Shown in pieces: positions 48,468 to 57,777 of a DNA stretch of 64,000 bases. A model generated the notes under the pieces. That model was not told where the DNA came from, searched no databases, and worked only from the letters and a program-made list of their open reading frames with translations. The position numbers and the translations under genes are program-made. The first letter of the stretch is position 1. Every line of letters begins with the position of its first letter. The stretch lies in NCBI GenBank assembly GCA_965223415.1, contig OZ245002.1, forward strand, positions 1,152,001 through 1,216,000, read 5' to 3'. The DNA comes from Myxococcota bacterium. Lineage in GTDB: Bacteria > Myxococcota_A > UBA9160 > UBA6930.

Positions 48468-49290
48468 GAAGGCGACGCTCCTCGCCGCCCTGGCGGCGTT
48501 CCTGCTCGGTTGCGGCGAGTCCGACCACGGCCTCGACGCTGGCGTGTGGCTGGGACGCGGCGTTCCGCCGATCGAACGGGCGTGGAACCTCGCAGCCACG
48601 GAACGGGCGCTCGTGGTCGTCGCTCGAGCGGCGCCGAACGAGCTGCCGCGGCTCGGCCCCGACGCGCATTCGGACCTCCTCCCGAAGCTGCGCGACGCGC
48701 TCCGCGGCAACGGGTGGATGGACGCCTGCGGCGACCCACCGGATCTCGAGTGCTTCGAGCGCTTCGTCGTGGCGTCGGGCCGCCTGGCGCGCACCTACGG
48801 CCGCGCGGTGGAAGCGGGCGCACCCCGTGAGCGGGAGCTCGTGGCGCTTCTGGGCGATTTCTTCCGCGCCAACGGGGCGAGCTACCGCTGGGCCCAGGCC
48901 GCCGCGAGCCACGACGTGCGCGCCGCCCTGCTCGCCGAGCTGGTCCAGCCGGAGCACGCCGCGCCGAGCATGCGCGCCCAGGTGGAGCGGCTGCGCACCA
49001 CCGGTGCGCGGGCAGAGCCGGCCCACGCACGAATCGCTTCGCGACTGGCCGGAAACCACGCCGCCCTGCTCGAGGAGCTGTGCCTGTGGATCGGACAGGG
49101 CGTGCTCGCGCCGGAGCACGAACGGACGCTGGCCTCGGAGGTGGAACGAGAGGTCCTCGCCACGCTGAGCGAGCTGGGCCGCTTCCCCGGTGCTGCACCC
49201 GCCGCCGCGGTGGATGAAGCGCGGAAGCGCCTGAAGGATCCGGACGCGCGCTCGGCCCTCGAACGGACCCTGCAGCGGCTGGACGGCTAG
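48445..49290 (+). CDS. Hypothetical lipoprotein
   Basis: LLAALAAFLLG-C lipobox; start uncertain. Confidence 0.55.
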   Translation: MSSARAPEKATLLAALAAFLLGCGESDHGLDAGVWLGRGVPPIERAWNLAATERALVVVARAAPNELPRLGPDAHSDLLPKLRDALRGNGWMDACGDPPDLECFERFVVASGRLARTYGRAVEAGAPRERELVALLGDFFRANGASYRWAQAAASHDVRAALLAELVQPEHAAPSMRAQVERLRTTGARAEPAHARIASRLAGNHAALLEELCLWIGQGVLAPEHERTLASEVEREVLATLSELGRFPGAAPAAAVDEARKRLKDPDARSALERTLQRLDG

Positions 49291-50840
49291 GAGCCCGACT
49301 CAAGCGCGAGCGCGTCGGCCAGGCGGCGGACGAGCTCGTCCAGGGCGTTCGCCTCGTCTACCACGCCGAACACGTAGCGATCGGGCCGTACGATCGCCGC
49401 CGGATGCCGCTCGAACAGGTGGTCGAGCTTGCCCTCCACGATCTCCAGCTCGCCCACCGGGACGCAGGGGGCCTCCAGGGCCTCCAGGATGCGTCGGCTC
49501 CCTTCGGAGACGGCGAGGGCCGCCTCGTCCCAGCCGTAGACGGCAAAGCCCGGACCGCCGAGCTCGTCGAGGCGCCGCGCGTCACCGCGCCCGGTTCGCA
49601 CCGTGGGCTGACTGAAGAGGAAGCCCGTGAAGCCGTCGGGCGAGACCTGCTCGCGGATCAACGCGCCGCCTCGCAGGGGCGGAACGGTGCGGCCCTGGCC
49701 GTAGCCCGAGCGCTGCTGCTCTTCGGACGGCCCCTCCGGTGTCTCGCCCGCCTCCGCCGCCGCGAGCGCCTCCATCAGCTTGCCGATCGTCACGGCCCAC
49801 TCGACGAGATCCCGCGCGTGGCCGTCGCGCTCCGCGGCGTAGGTCTCGAGGAGCGCCGGCGCGCAGCGCCCCTGGATCACGAGCGGCAGCTTCCAGCCCA
49901 GGTTGATGGCATCGCGGAACCCGGCGTTCAGCCCCTGGCCGAGGAAGGGCGGCGTCTGGTGGGCCGCGTCGCCGGCCAGGAAGACGCGGCGGTCCCGCCA
50001 GCGCGAGGCCGTCGCCGCGTGGAATTGGTAGACGGCGGCCCGGCGGATCTCGTAGTGCTCGCGGGGAAGCCAGTCGTCGAGGAGGGCCTGCACGCGCTCG
50101 GGGCGCGTCATCTCCTCGCGGGTCTCGCCGGGGCGGAGCTGGAATTCCCAGCGTCGGTTCGGGTCCCGTACGCAGACGTAGGTCGTCAGGCGGGCGGGAT
50201 CGCAGACCTGCATCGACACGAGGGGAAGATCGGCCTCCGGCCCGATCACGATGTCGACGACGAGCCAGTCCTGGTCGTAGCCGAGGCTCTCCCAGGCGAT
50301 GCCCAGGGAATCGCGCACGAAGCTCGAGGCGCCGTCACAGCCGATCACGTAGGAGGCGCTCAGCTCCCGGGTCTCGCCGCTGGCCAGCTCCTGGGCGCGG
50401 AGCCGGACATGGTCGTCCGCCTGGACCAGGGCCTGCACCTCGTGGCCGAGGCGCAGGTCGACCTTGCCGTCCGCGACGATCATCTCCCGGACCACCGCTT
50501 CGAGCTCCGGCTGATCGAAGAAGGCGATGTCCCGCCAGCCGTTCACACCGACGGGCGGGAAGTCCGCGCCGAACAGGGGCTCGCGCTTGGAGTTGGTGAA
50601 GCGAATGGAGTCCGGGTTCCGGTACGGCTGCAGGATCTCCGCGACCGGGTCGGCGCGGCGGATGCGCTGGAACGCGCGCACCACCTCGCCGTCGAGGCCG
50701 ACGGCCCGGGGGATGTCGACGATCTCGGTGGTGCGCTCGAGCACCGCCACCCGCAGACCGGCGTCCGAGAGGAGCAGGGCTGCACCGGCGCCGACCGGCC
50801 CGTAGCCCACGATCGCCACGTCGAAGTCCGGTCGGGTCAT
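49287..50840 (-). CDS. MhpA-like FAD-dependent aromatic hydroxylase
   Basis: IVGYGPVG, IGCDGASS, LAGDAAHQTPPFLGQGLNAGFRDAINLGWKL, IVRPDRYV. Confidence 0.9.
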   Translation of the reverse strand: MTRPDFDVAIVGYGPVGAGAALLLSDAGLRVAVLERTTEIVDIPRAVGLDGEVVRAFQRIRRADPVAEILQPYRNPDSIRFTNSKREPLFGADFPPVGVNGWRDIAFFDQPELEAVVREMIVADGKVDLRLGHEVQALVQADDHVRLRAQELASGETRELSASYVIGCDGASSFVRDSLGIAWESLGYDQDWLVVDIVIGPEADLPLVSMQVCDPARLTTYVCVRDPNRRWEFQLRPGETREEMTRPERVQALLDDWLPREHYEIRRAAVYQFHAATASRWRDRRVFLAGDAAHQTPPFLGQGLNAGFRDAINLGWKLPLVIQGRCAPALLETYAAERDGHARDLVEWAVTIGKLMEALAAAEAGETPEGPSEEQQRSGYGQGRTVPPLRGGALIREQVSPDGFTGFLFSQPTVRTGRGDARRLDELGGPGFAVYGWDEAALAVSEGSRRILEALEAPCVPVGELEIVEGKLDHLFERHPAAIVRPDRYVFGVVDEANALDELVRRLADALALESGS

Positions 50841-51541
50841 GGGGCGGGCGTCCTCGCGAAGGTGAGCCAGTGGGTCTCGTCCTCGCCGATGACGGCGTTG
50901 TGGAAGGTGAGCGGCTCGGGCCAGACCTCGGCGAAGACGTCGCGGAGGAGCGCCTCGAAGTGCGGGCTCTCGGCGTAGGACCAGAAGCCGAAGACCCCGC
51001 CGAGAGCCAGGTGACGACTCATGCGGCGCAGGCCCTCGCGGGTGTAGAACCCATCGCTCGAACGCCCGAGGCGCTCGTCGGGCGAGTGGTCCACGTCGAT
51101 CAGGAGCAGGTCGAACCTCTCCCCGGGCGCCGCCGCGAGGCGCCGGAACACGTCGTCCTGCTCCACCTCGAAGCGCGGATCGGCCCGCAGCTCACCGGCC
51201 TGGGGCAGGAGCCCGCGCTCCAGCCAGTCGATCAGGGGGGCGAGCAGCTCGACCACCGCCAGCCGGGCGACCCGCCGCGAGCGCAGGAGCTCCCGTGCGG
51301 TGATCCCGAGCCCCAAGCCCCCCACGAGCGCCCGAAGGCCGTCGCCACCGTGCCGGGCGAGGCCCCGCTCGGCCAGGGCCCGCTCCGAGGCGCTGCTGTG
51401 GCTGCTCATCAGGAATTGGTGGTCGAGGGTGAGCTCGGTGACGCGGGTGGCCGGATCTCCCGCCATGCCGCGCTGCTGGAGGCAGATCCCCCCGAGCGGC
51501 GTGGGTTCGAAAGCCAGTACTTCGAGATCGTCGACGTCCAT
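50837..51541 (-). CDS. Spermidine-synthase-like SAM-binding protein
   Basis: FLMSS...SERALA, LVGGLGLGIT, LLIDVDHSP. Confidence 0.8.
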   Translation of the reverse strand: MDVDDLEVLAFEPTPLGGICLQQRGMAGDPATRVTELTLDHQFLMSSHSSASERALAERGLARHGGDGLRALVGGLGLGITARELLRSRRVARLAVVELLAPLIDWLERGLLPQAGELRADPRFEVEQDDVFRRLAAAPGERFDLLLIDVDHSPDERLGRSSDGFYTREGLRRMSRHLALGGVFGFWSYAESPHFEALLRDVFAEVWPEPLTFHNAVIGEDETHWLTFARTPAP

Positions 51542-51675
51542 GGGCTGCGGAGGGTTCCGTGCTGAAGAGCGGTGTGCAAGGCGGCGCAGCGGCCCAGTTG
51601 ACCCCACGAGGCAGTGGGGTGGGGAGCTGCGCCCCAGTTGGACTCCGCGTCAGGCCAGCCTCGGCTCGCCGCACC

Positions 51676-51691
51676 CGGAATGCCCCTTGCA
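51676..51691 (+). promoter_or_regulatory. Probable sigma54 promoter of the nos operon
   Basis: CGGAATGCCCCTTGCA: GG-N10-GC with TTGCA, about 47 nt before nosZ. Confidence 0.55.
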
Positions 51692-51737
51692 GTCCGCATG
51701 ACGAGCCATGGCCGTGATCGCCATGCGGAGGGAGACG

Positions 51738-54041
51738 ATGTCGAACCGGACGACGACGAATTGGATCCAGGGACTGGGCCTCGCCCTGCTGGGCGCGGCC
51801 TTCCTGGTCGGGGCGAGCCCGGCCGCCAGCGAGACACTCCAGCAGGTGATGAAGGACCGCGGCCTCACCCAGCAGAATCTGTTGGCGGCAGCCAAGACCT
51901 ACGTTCCCACGGGAAAGCGGGACGAGTTCATCGCCTTCTCGTCCGGCGGCCAGAGCGGCCACGTGATCGTGTACGGGATCCCCTCCATGCGGATCCTCAA
52001 GTACATCGCGGTCTTCACCCCCGAGCCCTGGCAGGGCTACGGCTACGAGGACGAGTCGAAGGAGGTGCTGAATCAGGGCCGCATCAACGGGCGGGACATC
52101 ACGTGGGGAGATACCCACCATCCCGCCCCGTCGGAGACGAACGGGGACTACGACGGTGAGTTCCTGTTCATCAACGACAAGGCCAACCCGCGCATCGCGG
52201 TGATCGACCTCAAGGACTTCGAGACGAAGCAGATCGTCGTGAACCCGGTCTTCCAGAGCGAGCATGGCGGGGCGTTCGTCAGCGAGAACACGGAATGGCT
52301 GCTGGAGCCCGCCCAGTACGCGGCGCCCCTGGGCGGCGAGTACGCGCCCCTCGAGCTCTTCAACGAGAAGTACCGGGGCGGCCTCACCTACTGGAAGTTC
52401 AACCGGGAGAAGGGCCTGATCGAGCCGGAGAATTCCTTCTCGATCGAGCTGCCGCCCTACAGCCAGGACCTCTCGGACTTCGGCAAGGGCGCGAGCTCGG
52501 GCTGGAGCTTCATCAACTCCTTCTGCTCCGAGCGCTACGTCGGCGGGATCGAGCGGGATCGCCCGCCCTTCGAGGCCGGCTGCTCGGCGAAGGACACCGA
52601 CTACCTGCACGTCGTCAACTGGAAGAAGGCGGCGCAGGTGGCGGCGGCGGGCAAGGTGAAGAAGATCAACGGCCACTCGGTGATCACGCTCGAGACCGTC
52701 GTCGCCGAGGGCCTGGTCCACCTGATCCCGGAGCCCAAGAGCCCCCACGGCATCGACGTGAGCCCGGACGGTGAGTACCTGGTGGTGTCGGGCAAGCTCG
52801 ACACGCACACCTCCGTCTTCAAGTGGTCGAAGGTGAAGGCCCTGATCGACGCCAAGGACTACGCGGGAACGGATCCCTACGGCCTGCCGATCCTGGACAT
52901 GAAGAAGAGCCTGCACACCCAGGTGCAGCTGGGCCTCGGGCCGCTCCACACCCAATACGACGCGAAGAAGGGCGTGGCCTACACCTCGCTCTACGTCGAC
53001 TCGATGGTGGCCCGCTGGAACTACATCGAAGGCAAGCTGCTGAGCCGGATCCCGATCCACTACAACATCGGTCACCTGATGACGATGCACGGCGACACCG
53101 TGAACCCGCGCGGGAAGTACCTGGTGTCGTTGAACAAGCTGGCCATCGACCGCTTCAACCCGGTCGGCCCGCTGCATCCGCAGAACCACCAGCTGATCGA
53201 CATCGGCGGCGACGAGATGTCGCTCCTGGCGGACATGCCGCTGCCCCTGGGCGAGCCGCACTACGCGACCGCCATCGACGCGTCGATCCTGAAGCCGAAG
53301 ATCCGCTACAAGAGCGGCACCAACACCCGCACGGGTGAGATCTCGCCGCACAAGACACGGGCCGGCGAGGAGCGCACGGTCAAAACGGGCAACAAGGTCG
53401 AGGTCTGGGGCACGCTCATCCGATCCCACATCACCCCGGAGATCATCGAGGTCGACGAGGGTGACGAGGTGGTCGTCCACCTCACGAACCTGGAGCGGGC
53501 CGAGGACGAGACCCACGGCTTCACCATCGGCAAGTACAACGTGCATGGGTCGTTCGAGCCCGGTGAGACCGCGAGCGTGAGCTTCGTGGCCGACACCCCC
53601 GGCGTGTACCCCTACTACTGCACCGAGTTTTGCTCGGCGCTCCACCTGGAGATGCAGGGGTACCTGCTGGTCAAGCCGAAGGGATACAAGGAGCAGGTCG
53701 GCGAGCTGATGCCGAAGGACGAGTACAGCAAGGCCGACTACGACAAGCAGGTCGCCACGAACGTGGCGACCCAGGCGACCATCGACGAGGTCGTGGGCTT
53801 CATCACCAGCCACAACTACAAGGACTTCCCGGACGTGGTGGCGCTGGTGGAGGACGCGACGGATCAGCTCGGTCGGGCCGGAGAGGCGAAGAAGCGGGCC
53901 GAAGAGGAGGCCGCCAAGGAGGCCTGGAACAGCGCCACGCTCTGGGCGGGTCAGTGGTGGCAGTACCAGGTGAAGGCGGCCGACATCGGGCTTCGCGCCA
54001 AGACCTACCTGGAGCAGCACGGCGCGAAGAAGGTGGAGTAG
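51738..54041 (+). CDS. nosZ: Clade II (Sec-dependent) nitrous-oxide reductase
   Basis: Sec signal without RR; CuZ His motifs DTHH, EHG, PHG, GPLH, GHL, EPH; CuA ETHG...CTEFCSALHLEM; ~120-aa C-terminal extension. Confidence 0.97.
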   Translation: MSNRTTTNWIQGLGLALLGAAFLVGASPAASETLQQVMKDRGLTQQNLLAAAKTYVPTGKRDEFIAFSSGGQSGHVIVYGIPSMRILKYIAVFTPEPWQGYGYEDESKEVLNQGRINGRDITWGDTHHPAPSETNGDYDGEFLFINDKANPRIAVIDLKDFETKQIVVNPVFQSEHGGAFVSENTEWLLEPAQYAAPLGGEYAPLELFNEKYRGGLTYWKFNREKGLIEPENSFSIELPPYSQDLSDFGKGASSGWSFINSFCSERYVGGIERDRPPFEAGCSAKDTDYLHVVNWKKAAQVAAAGKVKKINGHSVITLETVVAEGLVHLIPEPKSPHGIDVSPDGEYLVVSGKLDTHTSVFKWSKVKALIDAKDYAGTDPYGLPILDMKKSLHTQVQLGLGPLHTQYDAKKGVAYTSLYVDSMVARWNYIEGKLLSRIPIHYNIGHLMTMHGDTVNPRGKYLVSLNKLAIDRFNPVGPLHPQNHQLIDIGGDEMSLLADMPLPLGEPHYATAIDASILKPKIRYKSGTNTRTGEISPHKTRAGEERTVKTGNKVEVWGTLIRSHITPEIIEVDEGDEVVVHLTNLERAEDETHGFTIGKYNVHGSFEPGETASVSFVADTPGVYPYYCTEFCSALHLEMQGYLLVKPKGYKEQVGELMPKDEYSKADYDKQVATNVATQATIDEVVGFITSHNYKDFPDVVALVEDATDQLGRAGEAKKRAEEEAAKEAWNSATLWAGQWWQYQVKAADIGLRAKTYLEQHGAKKVE

Positions 54042-54066
54042 CCCCCCGCGCGCCTCGGCCCGATCC

Positions 54067-54106
54067 GGGTGAGGGGGAGGGCCAACTCCCCCTCACCCCC
54101 CTTTTT
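54067..54106 (+). terminator. Intrinsic terminator-like hairpin after nosZ
   Basis: GGGTGAGGGGGAG-ggccaa-CTCCCCCTCACCC, then CCC and TTTTT. Confidence 0.7.
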
Positions 54107-54132
54107 CACGCCTCGAGACGGAGGAACGGGAG

Positions 54133-54459
54133 ATGACCATCCGAAGCTCGATCCTGGCCCTGGGGGCCCTGGTACTGCTGGTCCCTGCCCTCCCGGCGGC
54201 GGCCGAAGAGCTGGACGGGGCTACACTCTGGGCCCAGCGCACCTGCATCGCCTGTCACGGTGCGGATGCCAAGACCACGATCCTGCCCGATTACCCCAAG
54301 CTCGCGGGCCAGAACGCCGCCTATGCTCTCCAGCAGATGAAGGACATCAAGAGCGGTGCGCGGGCCAACGGACAGACCGCGGCCATGAAGGGCGTCATGC
54401 ATCTCGTCACGGACGAGGAGATGCAGGTGCTCGCCGATTGGCTCTCGACCCTGGAGTAG
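54133..54459 (+). CDS. Monoheme cytochrome c (NosC-type)
   Basis: Signal peptide, CIACH, YPKLAGQ. Confidence 0.92.
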   Translation: MTIRSSILALGALVLLVPALPAAAEELDGATLWAQRTCIACHGADAKTTILPDYPKLAGQNAAYALQQMKDIKSGARANGQTAAMKGVMHLVTDEEMQVLADWLSTLE

Positions 54460-54464
54460 GAGGA

Positions 54465-55169
54465 ATGCCGATGCGATTCGCGATCATTCTCGCCCTGGCG
54501 GCCCTGTTGCCGGCCGCGGCGTGGACCCAGCCCCAGCCCAAGGAAGAGGGCATCGAGGCCGAGGGATACGTGTGGAACGAGGCCAAGGGCGAGAAGATCG
54601 AAGCCCTGGAGCTCGTCGGGGACCCGGAGAACGGAGAGGAAATCTACGAGATCTGCTCCGCTTGCCACCTGCCCAGCGGAGCCGGGCGTCCGGACGGCAC
54701 CTTTCCCCAGCTCGCCGGACAGCACAGCACGGTGCTGATCAAGCAGATGGCCGACATCCGCCTGGGGCTGCGGGACAACCCGATCATGTATCCCTTCGCG
54801 AAGACCATGACCGACTCCCGAGAGCTAGCGGACGTCTCCGCCTACATCCAGACGCTGCCGATCCCCGGTGACAACGGTCGCGGCCCTGGGACGAACCTGG
54901 AGCGCGGCAAGGAGCTCTACGACGCGAATTGCGTCTCCTGCCATGGCGACTACGGTGAGGGCGCCGAGAAGGAGTTCTACCCGGTCCTCGCCGGCCAGCA
55001 CTACAAGTACATGCTGCGCCAGATCACGGACATCCGGGACGGCCGCCGGCGCAACGCCAACCCCGACATGGTCGAGGTCGTGAAGAAGTACTCGGACGAG
55101 GATCTGGATGCCGTCGTCGACTACATGTCGCGCCTCGAGTGGCCCGAGCGGCAGGCAAAGAGCGAGTAG
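54465..55169 (+). CDS. Diheme c4-type cytochrome (NosC-type)
   Basis: Signal peptide, CSACH and CVSCH. Confidence 0.92.
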   Translation: MPMRFAIILALAALLPAAAWTQPQPKEEGIEAEGYVWNEAKGEKIEALELVGDPENGEEIYEICSACHLPSGAGRPDGTFPQLAGQHSTVLIKQMADIRLGLRDNPIMYPFAKTMTDSRELADVSAYIQTLPIPGDNGRGPGTNLERGKELYDANCVSCHGDYGEGAEKEFYPVLAGQHYKYMLRQITDIRDGRRRNANPDMVEVVKKYSDEDLDAVVDYMSRLEWPERQAKSE

Positions 55170-55172
55170 ACC

Positions 55173-55796
55173 GTGGCATTCCGGGGACTCACGGTTCTGG
55201 GCCTGCTGCTGATGGCGTGGGCGTACTTCGCGCCCATGTGGTGGGTCTCGCTCACGGCGCCGAACTACCCGGAGCACACCTTCCCGGACGGCGTGCGCAT
55301 CCACATGCACTGGGACTCCGTCAAGAACGGCTGCAAGCTGGTCGTTCGCGAGGAGGTCGAGGAGGACGAACCCCTCGACTGCGTCCACGAGATGAACACG
55401 ATCAACCACTACATCGGGATGCATCCGATCGAGAAGGGGGCCCAGCTGGAGTTCGCTGCGGCCCCTTACCTGTTCCTGGCTTTCGGCGTGGCCCTGATCG
55501 TGATGCTCTTCTATCGCGGGCCGTTCTGGTGGTTGTTGGCCCTGCCGGCCATCCTGGCGCCCGTCGCGTTCCTGGTCGACTTCACCGCCTGGCTCTGGTG
55601 GTTCGGCCACAACCTGCACGACTGGGCGGCGTTCACCGTGAAGCCCTTCATGCCGACGGTGCTCGGGGAGGGCAAGGTCGCCCAGTTCAGCACCTACGCC
55701 TATCCCCACTACGGCTTCGCGCTCTCGGTCCTGTCCTCGCTGACGCTGATCGTGGCCGTCCTGCTGCGGCGGAAAGAGCTCCGGGCGGGCTCGTGA
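55173..55796 (+). CDS. nosB: Clade II nos membrane protein NosB
   Basis: PMWWVSLTAPNYP, NTINHYIGM, WFGHNL, KVAQFST; four TMs; operon position. Confidence 0.85.
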   Translation: MAFRGLTVLGLLLMAWAYFAPMWWVSLTAPNYPEHTFPDGVRIHMHWDSVKNGCKLVVREEVEEDEPLDCVHEMNTINHYIGMHPIEKGAQLEFAAAPYLFLAFGVALIVMLFYRGPFWWLLALPAILAPVAFLVDFTAWLWWFGHNLHDWAAFTVKPFMPTVLGEGKVAQFSTYAYPHYGFALSVLSSLTLIVAVLLRRKELRAGS

Positions 55797-57022
55797 GGGC
55801 CTGGGGGGCGGCCATCGCCTTCCTACTGGCGGCCCTCGCGGCGGGCGCCGAGACGCCAAGGAGCCTGCAGGCGCGGGTCGACGCCACGCCCGCCGGCGGC
55901 GAGCTCCGCCTCGAGCCGGGTACCTACGCGGGGCCGGTCGTCGTCCGGAGGCCCATCACGATCGACGGCGGTGGCGAAGCCGTGGTCGATGCCGGCGGCA
56001 AGGGCTCCGTCTTCGTGCTCGAGACCGACGGCGCCACCCTGCGCGGCCTTTTGATCCGCGGCTCCGGCGAGAACCACGACGGGCTGGACGCCGGCGTGCA
56101 GGTCCGGGGCGATCGCAATGTCGTCGAGGACAACGTGGTCGAGGACTGCCTGTTCGGCATCGACCTGGCCCAGGCCGATGACAACGTTGTGGGGAACAAC
56201 CACATCCGCTCGAAAGAGCTCGATCTGGGAGTCCGCGGCGATGCGATCCGCCTGTGGTACAGCCAGCGCAACGAGATCGTCGGCAACCGGATCGAGAACG
56301 CCCGCGACACCGTGGTCTGGTACTCCGGAGACAACCGAATCGCTCGCAACCGGGTCCGCGGCAGCCGCTACGCCCTCCATTTCATGTATGCCAAGCGCAA
56401 CGAAGTGGAGGAGAACGACTTCGCCGACAACATGGTCGGCATCTTTCTGATGTACAGCGACGGCGTCCAGATCCGCCGCAACCGGATCGCCGGCGCCCAG
56501 GGCGCTACCGGCATGGGGGTGGGCTTCAAGGAAAGCAGCGGCGTGGTCCTCGAGGACAACGAGATCTTCTACTGCGCGAAGGGGATCTACCTCGACATCT
56601 CGCCCTACGAGACCGATCGGGAGAACCTCTTCCGGCGCAATCTCCTCGCCTACAACGGCGTGGGCGTCCTCTTCCACAGCCAATGGCGGGGCAACGTCTT
56701 CGAGGAGAACGACTTCACCGGCAACTTCACCCAGGTGGCCGTGCGCGGTGGCGGCCACGCGATGGCCCATCGCTGGAAGGGAAACCACTGGGACGACTAC
56801 CAGGGCTTCGATCGCGACGGCGACGGCATCGGCGACCGCCCCCACCAGGCATTCGCCTACGCCGATCGGATGTGGATGCAGACCCCGGAGGCCGCCTTCT
56901 TCCGTGCCTCGCCGGTCTTCGAGACGTTGGACTTCCTGGACCGGCTGGCGCCCTTCACGAACCCGCTGCAGGTGCTCGAGGATCCGTCTCCCCGCTACGA
57001 GCCGTGGAGCCGAAGGCCGTGA
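55793..57022 (+). CDS. nosD: Nitrous-oxide reductase maturation protein NosD
   Basis: Beta-helix repeats, RGDAIRLW, RYALHFMY, GNHWDDYQGFDRDGDGIGD. Confidence 0.95.
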   Translation: MRAWGAAIAFLLAALAAGAETPRSLQARVDATPAGGELRLEPGTYAGPVVVRRPITIDGGGEAVVDAGGKGSVFVLETDGATLRGLLIRGSGENHDGLDAGVQVRGDRNVVEDNVVEDCLFGIDLAQADDNVVGNNHIRSKELDLGVRGDAIRLWYSQRNEIVGNRIENARDTVVWYSGDNRIARNRVRGSRYALHFMYAKRNEVEENDFADNMVGIFLMYSDGVQIRRNRIAGAQGATGMGVGFKESSGVVLEDNEIFYCAKGIYLDISPYETDRENLFRRNLLAYNGVGVLFHSQWRGNVFEENDFTGNFTQVAVRGGGHAMAHRWKGNHWDDYQGFDRDGDGIGDRPHQAFAYADRMWMQTPEAAFFRASPVFETLDFLDRLAPFTNPLQVLEDPSPRYEPWSRRP

Positions 57023-57777
57023 GCGAGCCGTCCCGGAGGAAGCGGCCGAGGCGCCGCCTCAGTCGCAAGGAGGAGAGCCGCCGGCGCTTCCTGCGGGCCG
57101 GCATCGTGACGGGCGCGGTCCTCGCACTCCAGCCCATCGCGCTGTGGGTGGGCCGCAAGCTCGGCATCGCCCGCATGCGCCCGCCGGGGGCGCTGGAGGA
57201 AGAGACCTTCCTCGGCGCCTGCATCAAGTGCGGCCAGTGCGTGCAGGTGTGCCCGGTCGAGGCCATTCGCCTGGCCGACCTCGACGACGGCTTGGGACAC
57301 GGCGCCCCCTACATCGCGCCTCGGGACCAGGCCTGCGACTTCTCCTGCGACGCCCTGTCCTGCATCCTCGCCTGCCCGACCGGCGCGCTCAGCCACGAGC
57401 TTGGCGCCAAGGAGGAGGTGGCGATCGGCGTCGCGGAGCTGGTGCGCCCGAATGCCTGCTTGGCCCGCCGGGGCGAGGGCTTCCGGGGGCGCTCCCGCGG
57501 CCCGCGCTTCCGCGGACGCCTGCGCTACGAGGAGGTGGACCGCTGGAACCCCCAGCCCGTCCGCGAGCACGAGTACGACGCACCTCTGTGCGACCTGTGC
57601 GTCCGGGAGTGCCCGATCGGAGCGACGGCCCTGAAGCTCGAGCCGCGGGGAAGGGGTCGGGGAAGCACCCCGGTCGTCGGCGAAGCCTGTGTCGGCTGCG
57701 GTGTGTGCGAGATGATCTGCCCCGTCGAGCCGGCCTGCATCGAGATCGTCCCGGCCGTGGAAGGCCGCACGGCATGA
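57019..57777 (+). CDS. nosG: NapG/NosG-type polyferredoxin (Tat signal)
   Basis: SRRRFLR, RPPGA, CIKCGQCVQVCP, CDLCVRECP, CVGCGVCEMICP. Confidence 0.88.
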   Translation: MSEPSRRKRPRRRLSRKEESRRRFLRAGIVTGAVLALQPIALWVGRKLGIARMRPPGALEEETFLGACIKCGQCVQVCPVEAIRLADLDDGLGHGAPYIAPRDQACDFSCDALSCILACPTGALSHELGAKEEVAIGVAELVRPNACLARRGEGFRGRSRGPRFRGRLRYEEVDRWNPQPVREHEYDAPLCDLCVRECPIGATALKLEPRGRGRGSTPVVGEACVGCGVCEMICPVEPACIEIVPAVEGRTA

